Shown one piece after another: positions 33,030-48,600 of a DNA stretch of 64,000 nucleotides. Both the position numbers and the translations under genes were made by a program. The DNA is from Chrysomallon squamiferum (taxonomy: Eukaryota; Animalia; Mollusca): contig CM022671.1 of NCBI GenBank assembly GCA_012295275.1, forward strand, positions 5,642,001 through 5,706,000, written 5' to 3'. The notes under the pieces were generated by a model, which worked only from the letters and a program-made list of their open reading frames with translations, was not told where the DNA came from and did no database searches. The number at the start of each line of letters is the position of its first letter. The stretch's first letter is position 1.

Positions 33030-36000
33030 ATGCAATCCGTAGCTCTGTATGGCAGGCTTGTAGCCCGAGCTATTGTATCTGGAATACACAATGAATTTCA
33101 GTTGAAATCGCCACGAGAAATTCCCAAGGATCCGTTACAGTTGGTCACTGGTCACTCTGGATTTTCAAAGACTTTATCACCAAACACTTTAAGAAAATGG
33201 AATTTCGGTGATGATGCTTATTTTATAGCACGAAGTAAAGTAGCTGACGTAATAGGTAAATATCTAAATGACTTTAGTTCTATTTCTAGATGGTGCTTGC
33301 GGTACGGTACCACTATCACTTCAGTATTCCCGACATTTTATTTTTCTTTGTGTCAGAAATGTAATTTAGTCATCATTTGTCTCTAAAAATATACTGTAGT
33401 CATCTTATTTTCTTTCTATCTTTGTTCGTTATTCCATATGATATAATGTTATTTCATGTAAAAACCTCTTTGTAATTATAACAAAATTTACAAAACATGA
33501 TTTACTAATTAAAATTAAAATAATCAATAATAGAAATAGATCCGTTTCTTCTTCCATTCATTTTCATAGCCTATGGTTCATTCTTTCTTTCTCTTTCAGT
33601 TCTATGTATATTACTTATGCAATAATACATTTTAAAACTTACATTATACTGAGAACACTAGCCCAGTCTTGTAGCTAATTCGGTAATTGTCATTCATCTT
33701 TTACATTTAACTATTTTCTCAATACCAAATTATTTTACTTTATTATTTTCAAGAAAACATGATTATAATCACACAGACTAATATGAAATATAAAATATAT
33801 GACTATCTTCAGTATCACATACTGTTATAAATATATAATACTTTATTTTTAAACATTATTTTCAGGTATTGCAGATGGAGTGGGGGGCTGGAGAAGTTAT
33901 GGAGTTGATCCTTCAGCCTTTCCCCGTACACTGATGGCAACGTGTGAACGAATGGTCAATGAAGGAAGATTTCGCCCTCAGGCACCTACTGAAGTAATCG
34001 CTGCAAGTTACAATGAAATGCTGGAACAGAAGTTACCTTTAATAGGTAAGTCATTCAACAATATATCTGGTATAACGTTAAAAATAAAAAATCTCTAGTA
34101 CAAATAAAGATATAAGGTAATGATATGTATGGAAAATAATTCAACATTTATATGTAAATTATCAGGTGAAATAATAAAAATAAAAATCTTTAACAGAAAT
34201 AAAAATATTTTATCTAATGTTTTATATGATGAAGGACGGCAACATAAGTTTAAAAATAACAATCTCTGACACAAGATTCACAATGAATTAAGGTTAAATT
34301 GTTAATCTTAAATGAACTGAGACAGAATTTTAATTTTTAAATAACAATAACACACAGAACATAGGTATTTAGTGTAGGCTTTTTTCAAATGGTAATGCTG
34401 AGGAGATAAATAAAGAATAGAATAAAAGGCATTGTCAGAGATTTTTAAAAATAACATAACATATAGCCAGAGCAAACAGACAGTGCAGTCGTAATAGAGT
34501 AGTGTGTGAGGGTTTTTTTGTTCGTTTTTTTTTCACAACAGACTAGGTTATTTTCATTTCATGGAATCCAGACTATCAATAGATATTTCAATGAAAGGAC
34601 ATCTTTGTGTAAAGTCAGTGTGTAAATTTCAGTTTTATTCAAATGAAATGAAATTTTCCTGGCTTACATTTGTTACCCCTGTGGAGAATTTTTTTTTAAT
34701 TTTTTTGTTGTTTTTTAAAATTTAAAATTTATTTGGTATTTCTCTGTTTCAAATTTTTTCCTTTTTCTCTTTCTATGGTTTTTAGTCATTAAGAATATTT
34801 GAAATTTGTTAAATGAGAAATGACATTTGATAGAGAGAATCTGGGTCATTCAAACATGGTGAAAACTGATAAATGTCATTTATCATGAGTGAAGGTATTT
34901 ACATGTTGACTAAGCAGTTTATAATTAAAAATAGCTGGCTTCTCAAAATATACACATAAAACAGATATACGTTGATTAACTTTAGAATACATAATGTTTA
35001 TTTAGCATCACTCTGTGATTTTCATAATGATTGTATGAAGAGAACTTTGGTGCTTCTGCACTTAGTCTGATGTTACCAAACAGCAACGAGGAATAAGTAA
35101 ATGTTTTTCATTATGTGTCTGTGTGTGTGTGTGTGTGTACATACACAGTGCACAAAAGGCACATTATAATGGACAGATTTTTGCACAGGGGTTCATAAAG
35201 ATGCACAGTTTTACATTCATGTCTGTTCAGTTAATTGAAAATGACCCTTAATAATGTCAAAATAATCCCATGCTCCCCAAAAAGTTTTTTGGAGAAAACG
35301 ACTTAGTGACTGTTGATATTTAACGTGATGGGGAACCCTGGTCTTTTACACATCACAGTAGCATTGTATGAAATGGAAACAGAGAAGGGTTGATCCTCTG
35401 TCTGCTGGCATGTAGATGAGATATGGAAAATACCTTATTTACAATTGCTTTTGTTTTGTTATTTTGGACAGATAGATCATTTTGTAAAATAGAATATCCT
35501 GTGTATGTATGTATCTATGTATCACTGCATCACAGGTATTGTGCCTGTATGTATATAACACACATGTAATTAGATGCTATAAATATTTGCCTGACTGTTT
35601 ATTTTATTTTTTTAATATATAATTTATTTATTTATTTTAGTTTATACATATTACAGTGGTTTATTTAAGTAGTACTCAGTAATTTATTTTTGCCAGTACA
35701 CAAACAGTGGGTATCAGACTTTTAATAAATAATGTGTGTACATAAATCTGTAGTGGAAATACCTGAAACACAACTCTAAAACACATTCACCATTGTTCTT
35801 GTGTTCCACCCCACATAAAGAATTACTCACTAACAGATCTTTTTACGTACTGTTATTATACATAATTTAAATCAAACTGTTCATTGCAGAAAGACATTTC
35901 AAATACTCATGCTTAGAGTATATTGTGCACAAAAGAAGCAACAACTAAGTGTAATGACTATAAATAATTTTGTATTGTACATAGCATGGGCAAATAAACA

Positions 36001-36239
36001 AATTAACAAACAAACAAATTAATAAATAACTTATAAGTAAGTATATATATAAGTAAACCTATGTATTTGTTATATACTTAAATGTAAACAAATATAAATT
36101 CTTACACACTCTACAAACACATCTAGAGGGAACATTTTGTCTTAAAATGTGATTGGCAGTAATTATTAAAATTCAGTAGTGTCAATTACATGATATATTT
36201 TAGAATTGTGATCTCTGAAACCTCCACACACACACACAT

Positions 36240-36283
<44 letters not shown>

Positions 36284-38611
36284 TCATGTACATATACGCA
36301 CTCATTCATGTACATACACACAGTGTAACTGATCAGTACTTTGTATTGTAAATTTATTTCTTGTTTCGCTACTTTTCCAGGCAGCAGTACTGCGTGTATT
36401 GTTGCCCTCCACCGCGAGGAACAGACTGTGTATTCTGCAAACCTGGGGGACAGTGGTTTCCTCGTCATCAGGGAGGGAGAGGTCATCCACAGGTCAGTGG
36501 AACAACAGCATTACTTCAACACCCCCTTCCAGCTGGCCGTTGTCCCCCCACATCAACAAGGTCTTGTCCATTGTGATAGGTAAGTGTCATCTGTAGGTGT
36601 GAAAGTCCTTAATAACTCATGTGCAGGTGTGAATGATATACACATATAATGTATTCTATGGTCTAATGTTATATCATAGATGTGTAGTTTTATAGCATAC
36701 AAGTATAATGGTATACCACAGAGGAATAATGTTATAGTATACATGATACAGCTTTAATGTACCATACAGAAATAATTTTATAGCATACAAGTATAATGTT
36801 ATACCATATAGGAATAATGTTATATCATACAGGAATAATATTATACCTGTGTGGTATATCTTTTATAACACTTAAGTACAATATTATACCATACAGGTAT
36901 AAAGATGTAGCATACAGGTATAATGTCATACCATATAGGAATAATGTTATAGCATTCAGGTATTTTAAACCAAACAGGAATAATGATATAGCATTCAGGT
37001 ATAATGTTATATCATACTGGTATAACGTTACACCATACAGGAATAATGTTATATCACACAGGTATAATGTTATATCATACAAGTATAATGTTATATCAAG
37101 CAAGTATAATATTTATTATACAGTTATGAAAGTGTAATGTTCAGATAATGAATGACACTTATTTGGTTTTCCACCTCATCACTACAGAAGCTAACTGCAT
37201 AACCTCTACCAACTCCAGTTTTCTCTTTACATTAGTATTTAATAATTAGTTAGTCATACTGTTGTTTAAAATTATATTATAACTATATATGTGTGACACT
37301 GATGTGTATCCAAACTGATACATAAAGATAAGTGGAACTCAAAGCAAAGATCAGTGAAGCCATCACTTACATTAGTCATATTTTGGCTGACTGGATTAAA
37401 AACTATTTTTACATTTTTACATTTCTGATTCCTTTTGATATATTTCATTTATCTCTGCATCATGTTTGGAATTTTTTCTCAGGAAATGAGGCATCTAACA
37501 AGATATGACAGTGTTTGTTTATACAAAAGAGCTCTAAAACATGTATATCAATTAAATACAAACCCATTTGTAACAAAATACCAAAATCTAAAGTGTCTGT
37601 GTCACTGCACCATTGTTGGCTAGAACTCAATACTTGGTTGTGTGACTTGAGACTAGTTTTGGTGTGATGGTTCACATGTTATAACAAAATGGCTACATAA
37701 ACTTGGCAGTCTTCCATATTTCATTTTATTTTAGTTGTCTCAGTACCTGACATTGAACTCGGCCAGTTATAACGTGATACGATTAACAGAATATCCTGAT
37801 GAAACTCAGTCTGCTGTGACAGCTAAAACAGTCATAAAAGAGATGAATGTTGTTACGTTTCAAACACAAGTCTTGTATAATGATAATAGGTATTATAATC
37901 CAAGAGAGAAAACTGTCATTTTTCCATAGACTGTTTTTTTTTTTTTTTTTTTTTTTTTTTTCAACCTGTGGAGAAATATTTATTTTTTATACTTCTAAAG
38001 TTCAGGAGATCCATTGTTGAATATTAAATTACTTTCAAAAATTATTTAGTCACTATCTTTTTTACCCCCACTTCTTGCTTAACTAACTATTATTTTAAAA
38101 ATAAATAATGATTAACTTTAAATGTTTTTTATGTTGTGTTATTTATTTATTTATTTATCTGTGCTTATAAAATTTTGTGTTAAATTTATATTTTTCTACT
38201 TTCTGTTGTTTTTTTTCTTCTTCTTCTTCTTCATCTTCTTTATCATCTTCGTCATCTTCTTCTTTATCTTCATCTTCTTATTATTATTATATTTTCCCTG
38301 TGTTTCTTTTTAAATTTTAAATCAATATATTATTTATTATATTATTTCCAATTTGTTTTTAGTCCCGAAGTTGCTGAAAGTTCATCGTTTGGAGTTGAGG
38401 AAGGAGACATAATTCTACTCGGTACTGATGGTCTCTTTGACAACATGAGTGAAGATCTGTTACTACGATACACATCTAATCTGAAAGTAATGTCTCCTTT
38501 TATTATTGTTATTGTTATATTTATTTGCATTGTTATTGTTGTAGTTTTGTTTTTATTTTTAGTGATATCATTATTTGTTATTATTATTATTATTATTGAT
38601 ATCATTATTTG

Positions 38612-38650
<39 letters not shown>

Positions 38651-40326
38651 ACAAAAATTATTTTCTATTTGTTATTATTTTTCAATTTATTAATATTGTA
38701 TTGACATTTATTTTGCACATATCATGAAAGAATCATTAGTTATATAATAATAATAATGTCATTTTTTTTTTTCTATTAGTAATAATTTAATTTACATATA
38801 AACATAGAAGCAGGTAACAAAATCATGTTTTACTGTTTCTAAATAAATAAAAATATAAATTATAATGATAATGATAATGATAATGGTAATAATAATAATA
38901 AAAACATATTTCCCCATTTTCTATAAGGATCATTTATAATGATAATGATAATCGTAATAATAATAATAAAAACAATTTTCCCCATTTTCTATAAGCATCA
39001 TTTATAATGATAATGATAATGGTAATAATAATAACAAAAACATTTTTCCCATTCGCTATAAGGATCATTTATAATGATAATGATAATGGTAATAATAATA
39101 AAAACAATTTTTCCCATTCACTATAAGGATCATTTATAATGATAATGATAATGGTAATAATAATAATTAAAAAATTTCCCATTCACTATAAGGATCATTT
39201 ACAATGATAATGATAATTGTAATAATAATAACTATTTTCCCCATTTGCTATAAGGATCATTTACAATGATAATGATAATGGTAATAATAAAAACATTTTC
39301 CCCATTCACTGTAAGAATCATTTATAATGATAATGATAATAATAAAAACAATTTTTCTATAAGGATCACAAAGCTGAAAATGTGCAGACGACTGCGACAG
39401 ACATTGCCGAGAAAGCCTATCACCTGTCTTTCGATCCAGACTACATGTCTCCATTTGCCTTATCAGCCATAGACGCAGGCATAGATTTCAGAGGTAAGCA
39501 AGCTTTAAGTTGTATTCATACCTTTAAGAAAATGTACTGGTGTATTTCCACCGTTTTTTTGTATCAATTTGTTGTAAGAGATATTTTATATAGTCTTCAC
39601 AAGGTCACAAAAAATTTGAAAAGTATTCTGTTTGTATTTCTGTCTGTGAAAAGTGTTTCTCTGTTTAAATTCAGAACAGTCATTAAAAATTATAATTATT
39701 ATTTTTTTTTTTTACCAAAAAGAAAATGTTTATTCCAGAAGTAATTAATTTTAAAACCTAACTTTGCAAACATATTTCTGTAATTTTGTTGTGTATGCAC
39801 TTTTAAAAAAATATTTTCATGATTATGTTTTTAATATTTCAAATTACAAAACTGATTTATAACTATATTTCACCATTTTCATATTTTAAAATGAATTTAT
39901 TTTAAGAATCGTATGTGTTTTGTTTTTAAAATGTGTACATTTCAGAAATTTACAAAACGTTATAAAAACTGAGTCTAAATGTTTTTCAAAATTTGTTTTT
40001 AATAGTTTCACACAGATAGTGTTTAGAATGTTGAGAATGCATTTTAAAATTTAAATTTACTGCAGGAGGATATTTTTGAAATGTTGTGAATGTATTTTAA
40101 AATTTAAATTTTTACCACAGGAGGTAAACCGGATGGTTTTTAAAAAAAAAATGTTGTGAATGTATTTTAAAATTTAAATTTTCACCACAGGAGGTAAACC
40201 GGATGGTTTTTTTTTTAAAAATGTCGTGAATGTATTTTAAAACTTAACGTTTTCACTGCAGGAGGCAAACCTGATGACATCACAGTGATTGTTGCTAGAG
40301 TGACAAGTCTTCCTGTTCCCGAATAG
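33030..40326 (+). CDS. PPTC7: Protein phosphatase PTC7 homolog (mitochondrial PP2C family), complete, 6 exons, 307 aa
   Basis: Exons 33030-33255, 33866-34045, 36381-36579, 38363-38486, 39364-39493, 40262-40326 (924 nt, phase-consistent). Motifs: N-terminal [69 protein letters not shown]. Confidence 0.96.
36640..37120 (+). repeat. 21-bp degenerate minisatellite (tataatgttatatcatacagg) in PPTC7 intron 3
   Basis: About 20 copies. It accounts for the spurious ORFs 36796-37137 and 36825-37103. Confidence 0.85.
38860..39368 (+). repeat. About 60-68-bp tandem array of the PPTC7 exon 5 acceptor
   Basis: Unit cccatt..ctataag|gatcatttataatgataatgataatggtaataataataaaaacattttt. Seven upstream copies plus the authentic site at 39363/39364. 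Confidence 0.92.
40027..40276 (+). repeat. About 70-bp tandem array of the PPTC7 last-exon acceptor
   Basis: aatgttgtgaatgtattttaaaatttaaatttt...cag|gagg at 40065, 40120, 40190 and the authentic 40261. Confidence 0.9.
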
Positions 40327-42556
40327 ACGATGATGATGATGATGATGTAGACGTGTGCGTTGTGTGTGTTACATGTAGCTGCCTAGGTGCAGAGCACGTA
40401 GAGCATTCCATTTTCTACAAAATGTACATAGAGACTTAATAAACAGATCTGACTGTGTAAGTAGGCAGTATGGATGGATGGACAGACACAGTGTCAGAGT
40501 GGTGCATGTGTCACATAGTTTGATAATATACCATACTGTGATATTTTATAACAATATTCAGCTGTCAACTCTTAAAAGAACATTATTTTTTATTTGTGCC
40601 ATGGTATGAAATACAAAATGCGTTTTATGTATATAAGTTTTTTTATATTAATTAAAAACCTAGTTATTATTTTTTTTTTACTATTACACTTTTTTTTTTT
40701 TTTTTTAAATAAATTATTATTATTTTTTTTTAATATTATTGACATTTTTGTAATTGTTATTATAATTAATCTCCTTTTTTATTTTTATATTTATGTATTT
40801 TAAATGATTCTATATCATGGCTGAGAAATGTATTGGTCCCTTCTGGCAATAACATTTGCATTTTGATATTTCAATTTTAAATTTAAATTTTTTTTTTTTT
40901 TTTTAATTTTTTTTTTTTAAATAAACCTTGTGCATTTTACACATATACATGGATATAACTATAAGCCATTGTTGAAACAGTAACTGAAATAATTTATTAT
41001 ATACACATATAACTGGATTCTGACGGATTTAACAATACGTCATTGTTGAAATAATTATTCTAATCTATTTTATACACGTGTAACTGGATTCTGATATTAT
41101 CAACTTGTTGTATGCTGAATTATAAAATAAGTTGACTCATATGTGCCATTTCACTATTGTATCTCAAAGCAGTGTATATCTGTATAGAAAATGGAGAGCT
41201 TTGTACTATAGTCTGTACCAGCATTCCTCGAATCATGCTTCTTGGAGCCCTAGCAATTCTGTCAACCTCTGTAATAGAACTGTGGTGTCACATAATGAGC
41301 TGAAGATGATAAAATAAAAATCAGATATTGATTTAGTTTATACCTTTGACAAGAGAGCTGCATCTTTAGATTTGTTTTACGTTTTCTCTCTTTCATCTTT
41401 GGTATATGAAAGTATTTCAAATTAAAACTAAATTTCTCTCACAAAAATTAATTATTAAAGGATGTTGTCAAAGGAATTTAATCTTTTTGAAGGATGCTGT
41501 ATGGTTATAGTGTATTTAAGATGCAATATTATGTTGAATCTCATGTTAAAAAAAACAACCCAAACCCCATTCTAAGTACTAATGAAGGTAAATCGTCATG
41601 GATCTATAATACTTAAAGAAAATCTCAGTTATGGTGATAATGTTGAGAGTTAACAGGGTTCCAGAAAGCAGAGAGAGGGAGCTGCTGTACTAGATAATTA
41701 GTACAAACAAGAAGATAAATGTAATTAGTACAGATGAGTGCAGTGTGACAGTAGACACTACAGTATAGTTTGGTACAAAGCTTTTATTTCTCTGATAATC
41801 CCAATTATTGTAAAGCACAAATTGATGTACTCCAAATCCAGGATGGGCACCAGTCATCACCTTAAATAGTGAATCAGTGACATTAACTCAAACTTGCCTG
41901 CTGTGTCACCAGTCACCTTAAAAATGAATTAGTTGTTGAAGTAACACAAATTCAAACTTGCCAGTCATTTTGTAAGTAAACCCACCATAATTCAGAATAT
42001 GGTCATCCCAATATAGTGAATATGAATTTGCTAAATTTGTCCCCATACCCATATGCAGCTAACTATTCAATGAGAATATGGTGAATTAAAGTTTTTGCTA
42101 ACATTTCAAGAAACTTGACAGAATGTTGTCGGACAGTAATCTACTTCATAACTTGAATTCCATTTGCCTTTTTTAGTTGATCATTCTGTGGTGAACCTTT
42201 ATTTTACTGACAACTCATGTTACAGCACTGTGAAAAGGTTGCCCATCACTGTTCTCAGTTGTCATGGACATAATAATAAAAATAAAAAAAACAGACACAA
42301 AGCAGCTGTCTCTTCTACCTCAGTTAAACAGCATTATGTCGGCCATCTTTGTTTTCAAGTATATTGTCTGCTGTATATGAAATTTCAGCAGTTGAAATAA
42401 TTGTTTTTTATTTATGGTTGTTGCTTTTGAGCAGTATTGGAATTTTTGTTGTTATTATTATTATACTTTACATCTGAAAAACTAGAATAAAATTCTTTAA
42501 TAATTATTATTACTGTTACAACTATTATTACTATTATTATTATTTTACTATTACTT

Positions 42557-42646
<90 letters not shown>

Positions 42647-45261
42647 TTTTGAAAAGTAATAAACAAGAAACTAATTATTTTAAATTTTAATTTAACATTG
42701 TTTTTACAGTTGTTTTTATTTATTATTATATTTATTATTATTATTGTTATTATGAAATGTATTATAGAAGACAGTATACTTAACAACAGATGGTTTGTAT
42801 TAAAGTTAACATAAATAAACAGGGTATACATAGTCAGAATAGTGGTGTATACTCACTACTAACACAGTGTCCTGTGCATTCGAAAATTTCTAATTACAGC
42901 TGCTCTTTCAAGTGCCATGATAACTGTGCATATCCTTGTAACATGTTTAATCTTGTATAACACATTTAATTCAAAATCATTTACTGCTGTAATAGTTTCA
43001 TGGCCTGATTAACAGGTAAAGAAAAGCAGCATTAGAAAAAATGATAATCTGTACTGGTTTTAATTACATAGAGAGTGGGCAATTGCAAGTTCAATTTTAT
43101 TAGTCAAATAATAAAAAAGTTTAATAATAATAATAATAATAATTAAGAAAACAAATGAATAAATAAGAAAATAAATAAGGAAATAAATAAGGAAATAATT
43201 AAGGAAATAAATTAATAAGTAAACAAGTAAATAAATTAAGAAATAAAGAACTATAGCTATTCTCATTTATTGATAATAAATAAATGAATACATAAATACA
43301 TAAATACATAAATACATAAATACATAACTAAATAAATAAATAAATAAATAAATAAAAATTGTGTCTTTCTTTTCAACTTGCAGTTTTTCACTGCCACTGT
43401 CCGTTGTAATTAAACCATCCTGAGAATTGCAGTCTGGCTCCCTCAGAACAACAACATACTCAGTTGTGTGCAAGAAAAGAATAAAACGCACACAAACATC
43501 ACCAAATCATTGAAGTTGTATTTCTAGTTACGTATTTTCAAAACGCACAGATCTGAAACCAGATTCAGAACAATGCATGTTACATGTTAGATAACATATA
43601 TTTTATGTTAATTATTTAAACATATACTTCATGTTAAGTAATGTAACATAATATAGCAGTATACCGAATATCATTATTAATGATAAACTTTAGACAGCAT
43701 TCTTTGTGTTAAATAATGTAGCATAACAGTGTATGTTAAATAATAAGTAAAAAAATATGTTATGTAACATGTAACAATATAATATGTCAGTGTGTTAAAT
43801 TATGTAGTATTTTATATGAAAGTGTACATGTCACAGTTTGAACAAGTAGCCTAAAAACAGTCAATATACTTCTAAATAATTGTTTTGGCTCGATGGAGTC
43901 CAGACATTGCTAATAATAAAGTATAATATAATTATAGCAATTTTGAGATCATGGAGATTGTCTTTTTTTTTTTTTCCCCAATATATATGCATTTCAGAAA
44001 TTATTACCTTAAAGGTTTAAAAAATATGTACATATATATATATTGGTTATAAAGAAAAGAAAGATGATTATTTAGGCTATTTGTTCAAAAAATCACAGGT
44101 ACACTTTTAATTCTGTGGTCATACATATTATATTTAAATAACATCATATAATAAACAGCATATAATACGGAAAATTTAAAAACACATACTATATTTTATA
44201 TTAACAAGTGTGTATAATTCATAATGTCTAAAAGCATGCAATACCATTTTATATTAAAAAGAATATAATACGTACAGAATGTAAAATACAGGTGTATCAG
44301 ATGTTACGTAATATTGTATGTTTGAATAGTGTACAGTACATTTTGCCTTCTTTCATGCATAAACAATCATTTGAAATATATGTTTCGCTTTGAAATTTGA
44401 GAACTGAGCCTCAAAGTGAGAAAAACGGATTAGTTGTCGTTAATGTAGTAATACTTCGTTACGAAGCTTATAAAATTATTATTTGAAAAAAAATAAATGA
44501 AATAATGTTTATTAAATTATACACCATTATATTTTCCAAGTAGTAGATTCATTCAGTGTTTAAAAATTTGTATAATATATGTGTCCTCCCTTGCTTTGAA
44601 ATTTTTAATTTATTCTAGTTGTTTGCCTTAAAAGTAGATTATTTAGCTTTTTCAATATTAAATTTTTTTTTTAAAATATTCCTCTTATAATCAACATTTT
44701 GCAAAATATAGTGAGTTTGATGACATTCCTAATTAAAACATATGATGAATGTTTCCAAAAAAAAGATGAATTTAAGTTTTTCCTAAGTTGGTATATAAGT
44801 AATTTATTAATTAAAACTACAGTCAAGATGATTAATAAATTAAAACTATATTGTTAAAATAAAATTTAGAAAATTATTTATTTTAATTTTATTGACTTGT
44901 TATGTTCACTTCAGACAGCAAATGTTAGTTTATAATTATTTTTAACTATTTAAGTGTTTTTATAATGTGAATTTGTCATTGTTAGTGAGGAAATGTCCTC
45001 AACTGCATAAAATTACTTTTAATTATTAGCAGCAATATCACTTTTATGTGTTAAAACACATTACATATCGTGGCCTTTGGTATACCAGTTATGAAGGACT
45101 GCCTTGATTGGGAAAAATAATATGAATAGATAGATGATAATGGCATAAAATAAACACTGCATGTTAAGTTTTTTTTCAGAAGGGTTGATGCAATTTAGTG
45201 GCATGGTACTGAAGTACAAATTATTTTAAAGATTACAAAATGTTATTATTATTATTATTAC

Positions 45262-45296
<35 letters not shown>

Positions 45297-45480
45297 AAAT
45301 TTATTTATTTATATGTTTTCTTTTTTTAACTGAAATTTGTTATTTGAAACATTTGAAATGGCTCAATTTAATGATTTTAAAAACAAAAATGAAAATGAAT
45401 TAAAGTGTAAAAATTAGTGTAATATTTATCACAAATGATCTTAAAATTAACCAGTTTTAATAATAATTGTTAGTTATGTA

Positions 45481-45534
<54 letters not shown>

Positions 45535-46761
45535 TAATTCAAGAAATGAAATTTAGATATCTTTTAATTACAAAAATTAAAACCAAACAAAAACAGAAAT
45601 AAAAATTTACAATAAAACAAGCTAAAAATTTTTTAATAATAAATAAATAAATATATATATATATAGATGTATTTTCATTTGCTATTTTATTTAACTATCT
45701 ATTTGATTTTGAAAAAATACGATCAAACATTTCTAGGAATTGTAATATATATTTATACACCAAACATTTTTTACTGTTGTAATATGCAGAAAATTAGCTA
45801 AGCTCTGTTTTTACTTGTATACATTTCTTTGCTGGATTAGAGGAACTTGTTTGTTATGGAAATGTTCCCTTCAGGAGAAAAATATTTGTTATAAATGTTT
45901 CATTTATTCTTTTTATTTATAATTGCGATTTTGTCTCACAGTTATTTAAATACAGAAAATAATAATTATGATGACAATGATGATAGTGATCATGATAATA
46001 CTAATAGTGATAATGATAACTTGAGAAATAATTAAACAGTAATTATTGAATAAATAAAAATAAAAAAATTATTATTATTATTATTATACCTAGATCAGCT
46101 TTAGCAATGGTTTTCTGTAAATCTTCAAAATATTTATAAAAAAAAAAAAATAAATAAATATATAAAGAAAGAACTAAAGAAGCAAAACATAAACAAACAA
46201 ACAAATAAATAAATAGATGAATAAATGTATTAAAAAATGTAAGTAATAATGAACAGTTTTAAGTTAATCCATTTTGTTTTCACATTTACTGAATAGAACA
46301 CTGTGCTAACAACATCTACAAAACTTTATTTGTTAATTATTTTTTATTGTTATATTATTATTATTATTTTTTTTTTTTTTCAATCTGTTGCAAATTCAGT
46401 TTCTATACACAAATGAATACAAATAACAAAGTCATATTGTTTTTATAAAAATACAGATAATGAACCTTTTTTTTTGGCAGATAATAGTAAATATGTTACC
46501 TGTAAATTAATGATTTATATTAATCTGGAACATGTGTGTGTGTGTTCAACAAAAGAAACTGTTTTAAGGCATGTCCAAGTTGTATAACTGTATCCTGTTT
46601 CAACATTATACTGCTGTATACTTGAAGCTTTAAAGAAATCTATATTTGTGTGAAATAAATACAAAAGTCCTTTGTTAAATATGTCCAGCATTGTTATCCA
46701 TTGTTATACTGGGTTTTTTATGTATATATACACACATATACAAATGTACTTGTGTATATAT

Positions 46762-46808
<47 letters not shown>

Positions 46809-47185
46809 TACAACACATATTTTTACAGCATTAAGGCTGCATTTTGTTAGATTTATAATTTTTGTGTGCTTTTTTTGTTTGTTTTTTTTCTTCTTCTTTC
46901 TGTTCCTTATTTTAACTTTTTTATTGTAATTGTTATTTGTTGTTGTTTTGTTTTTGTTTTGTTTTTCAGGTAGATTATTCTTTCAGTTTAAAAAATGTTA
47001 CTATTTATAACATTAAACTTTAAGAAAACAAAAACAGAATCATGGAAATAGATTTGGTTTAGTGACATTTTTTAAGTTAAAATTGCTTTACATGAAAAAT
47101 GATTAGTTATAATAAAGTTTTGGTAAGATTAAAAAAACAAAAAACTATAATAATAATAATAATAAAATAAATAACAAAAACAAAA

Positions 47186-47261
<76 letters not shown>

Positions 47262-48174
47262 TAACAATAATAATAATAATAATAATTTAAATGTAATTTA
47301 AGTCAAATAATTCAGCCCATACATTTTATCCAGCTTGTTACAAACCTAACATTTAAAACAGTTTTAGCAATGGTTATGTGTGTTACTTGAGTCCTAACAA
47401 CACATTAGTAGGAGAAATGCATGATTAATATAACCCATCTTAACTCTTGGCTAGTTCTCAAAGATAACATAATGTTTCCATATTGCATATCCTAATTATA
47501 TGTGCTTCAGGCATCTTATTCAAACTGAAATTGGCAATAAAATTGTCTTAATATGCTTATTAAGGTCATAAATCTATATTATGTGTAATGAACATAGCAT
47601 ATATTGTAAATTTAAATTATTAGAAATGTTTATTTTCATCCACTTGTAAATAAACAGTTCTTATATGCAGACTAATGGATGATTACATATCCTGCTCAAA
47701 TTAATTCTTATTAAAATTTTGATCTCATTTTAGAGTTTTCTTTCTGGTTATACAGATTTTAACTAAAGATAGACAGAGAGAATGTCCTTCAGAATTTTGG
47801 TACGGTTAAGATCATGTTTTCAAATTGTCTAGTATTTGATATACTGTTTGTCTGTGATTCTGAAAATTTTGCATTTCAGTTGATTTGAAAAATACACTGT
47901 CTTTTTTAAAAAAAAGATTTTTAAAAAGGTAAATGTCTCAGTGTGTGAAAGGTCAAGGTTTGTTTCTTACAAAGTATTATACCAGGTTAATGCTACAGAG
48001 CTGCAGTGTCCACATCTTTCACAGATCGGGTTTTTTTAGTCTGTTTTCAGTTGTTAATCTTCTTTTCTTCTGAGCTGACAGATAATTCTTCCTTTCTCCA
48101 ATAGTTACACAGTATGAGGTGGCCATGACATTTGTTTTTGCTGCCTTTTCAGTCAATATTTAACATATAATCTC

Positions 48175-48600
48175 ACATACCTGCAGTTTCCAGCAGCTTC
48201 ACTTCTTAAGTGTAAACAGGCTGTGTCCATTGGTTACAATGTCTTTAATTTTCTGTGAATCACTGCCAGATAATTTCCTGCAGTTTCAAACAGCTTAAGA
48301 CTTCCAGGAGTGAAAAAAAAGTCTGGTCGATTGTTACGGTGTCTTTAATTTCCTTTTAACTCTTTGCCAAGTATGTTCCTGCATTTCTGATAGCTTAGAC
48401 CTCTTGGAATTAAATGATTATGTTCAGCTGTTACGGTTTTTATTTTCCCATTAAGCCTTACCAAGTATGTTCATGCAGTTTCCTTAATTTTACTTAACTG
48501 TGTAAAAAAAAAGTCCTGTCTTACTTTGTTTTAATTATTACCAAATATGTTGCCACAGTAACCAGTAGTTCAGACTTGATAGTGTAAAAACAGGGTCAGG
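48175..48600 (+). repeat. Degenerate about 95-100-bp tandem repeat between the PPTC7 and MAPK7 3' ends
   Basis: Recurring cctgcagtttc...agctt...ttac(a/g)(a/g)tgtctttaattt...tgccaag, 4-5 copies. Confidence 0.6.

Noticed and set aside
36640-37120. Possible common origin of the 21-bp PPTC7 intron repeat and the 21-bp MAPK7 coding repeat
   Set aside because: They share only the period and an aatgtt core. The remaining positions do not align.
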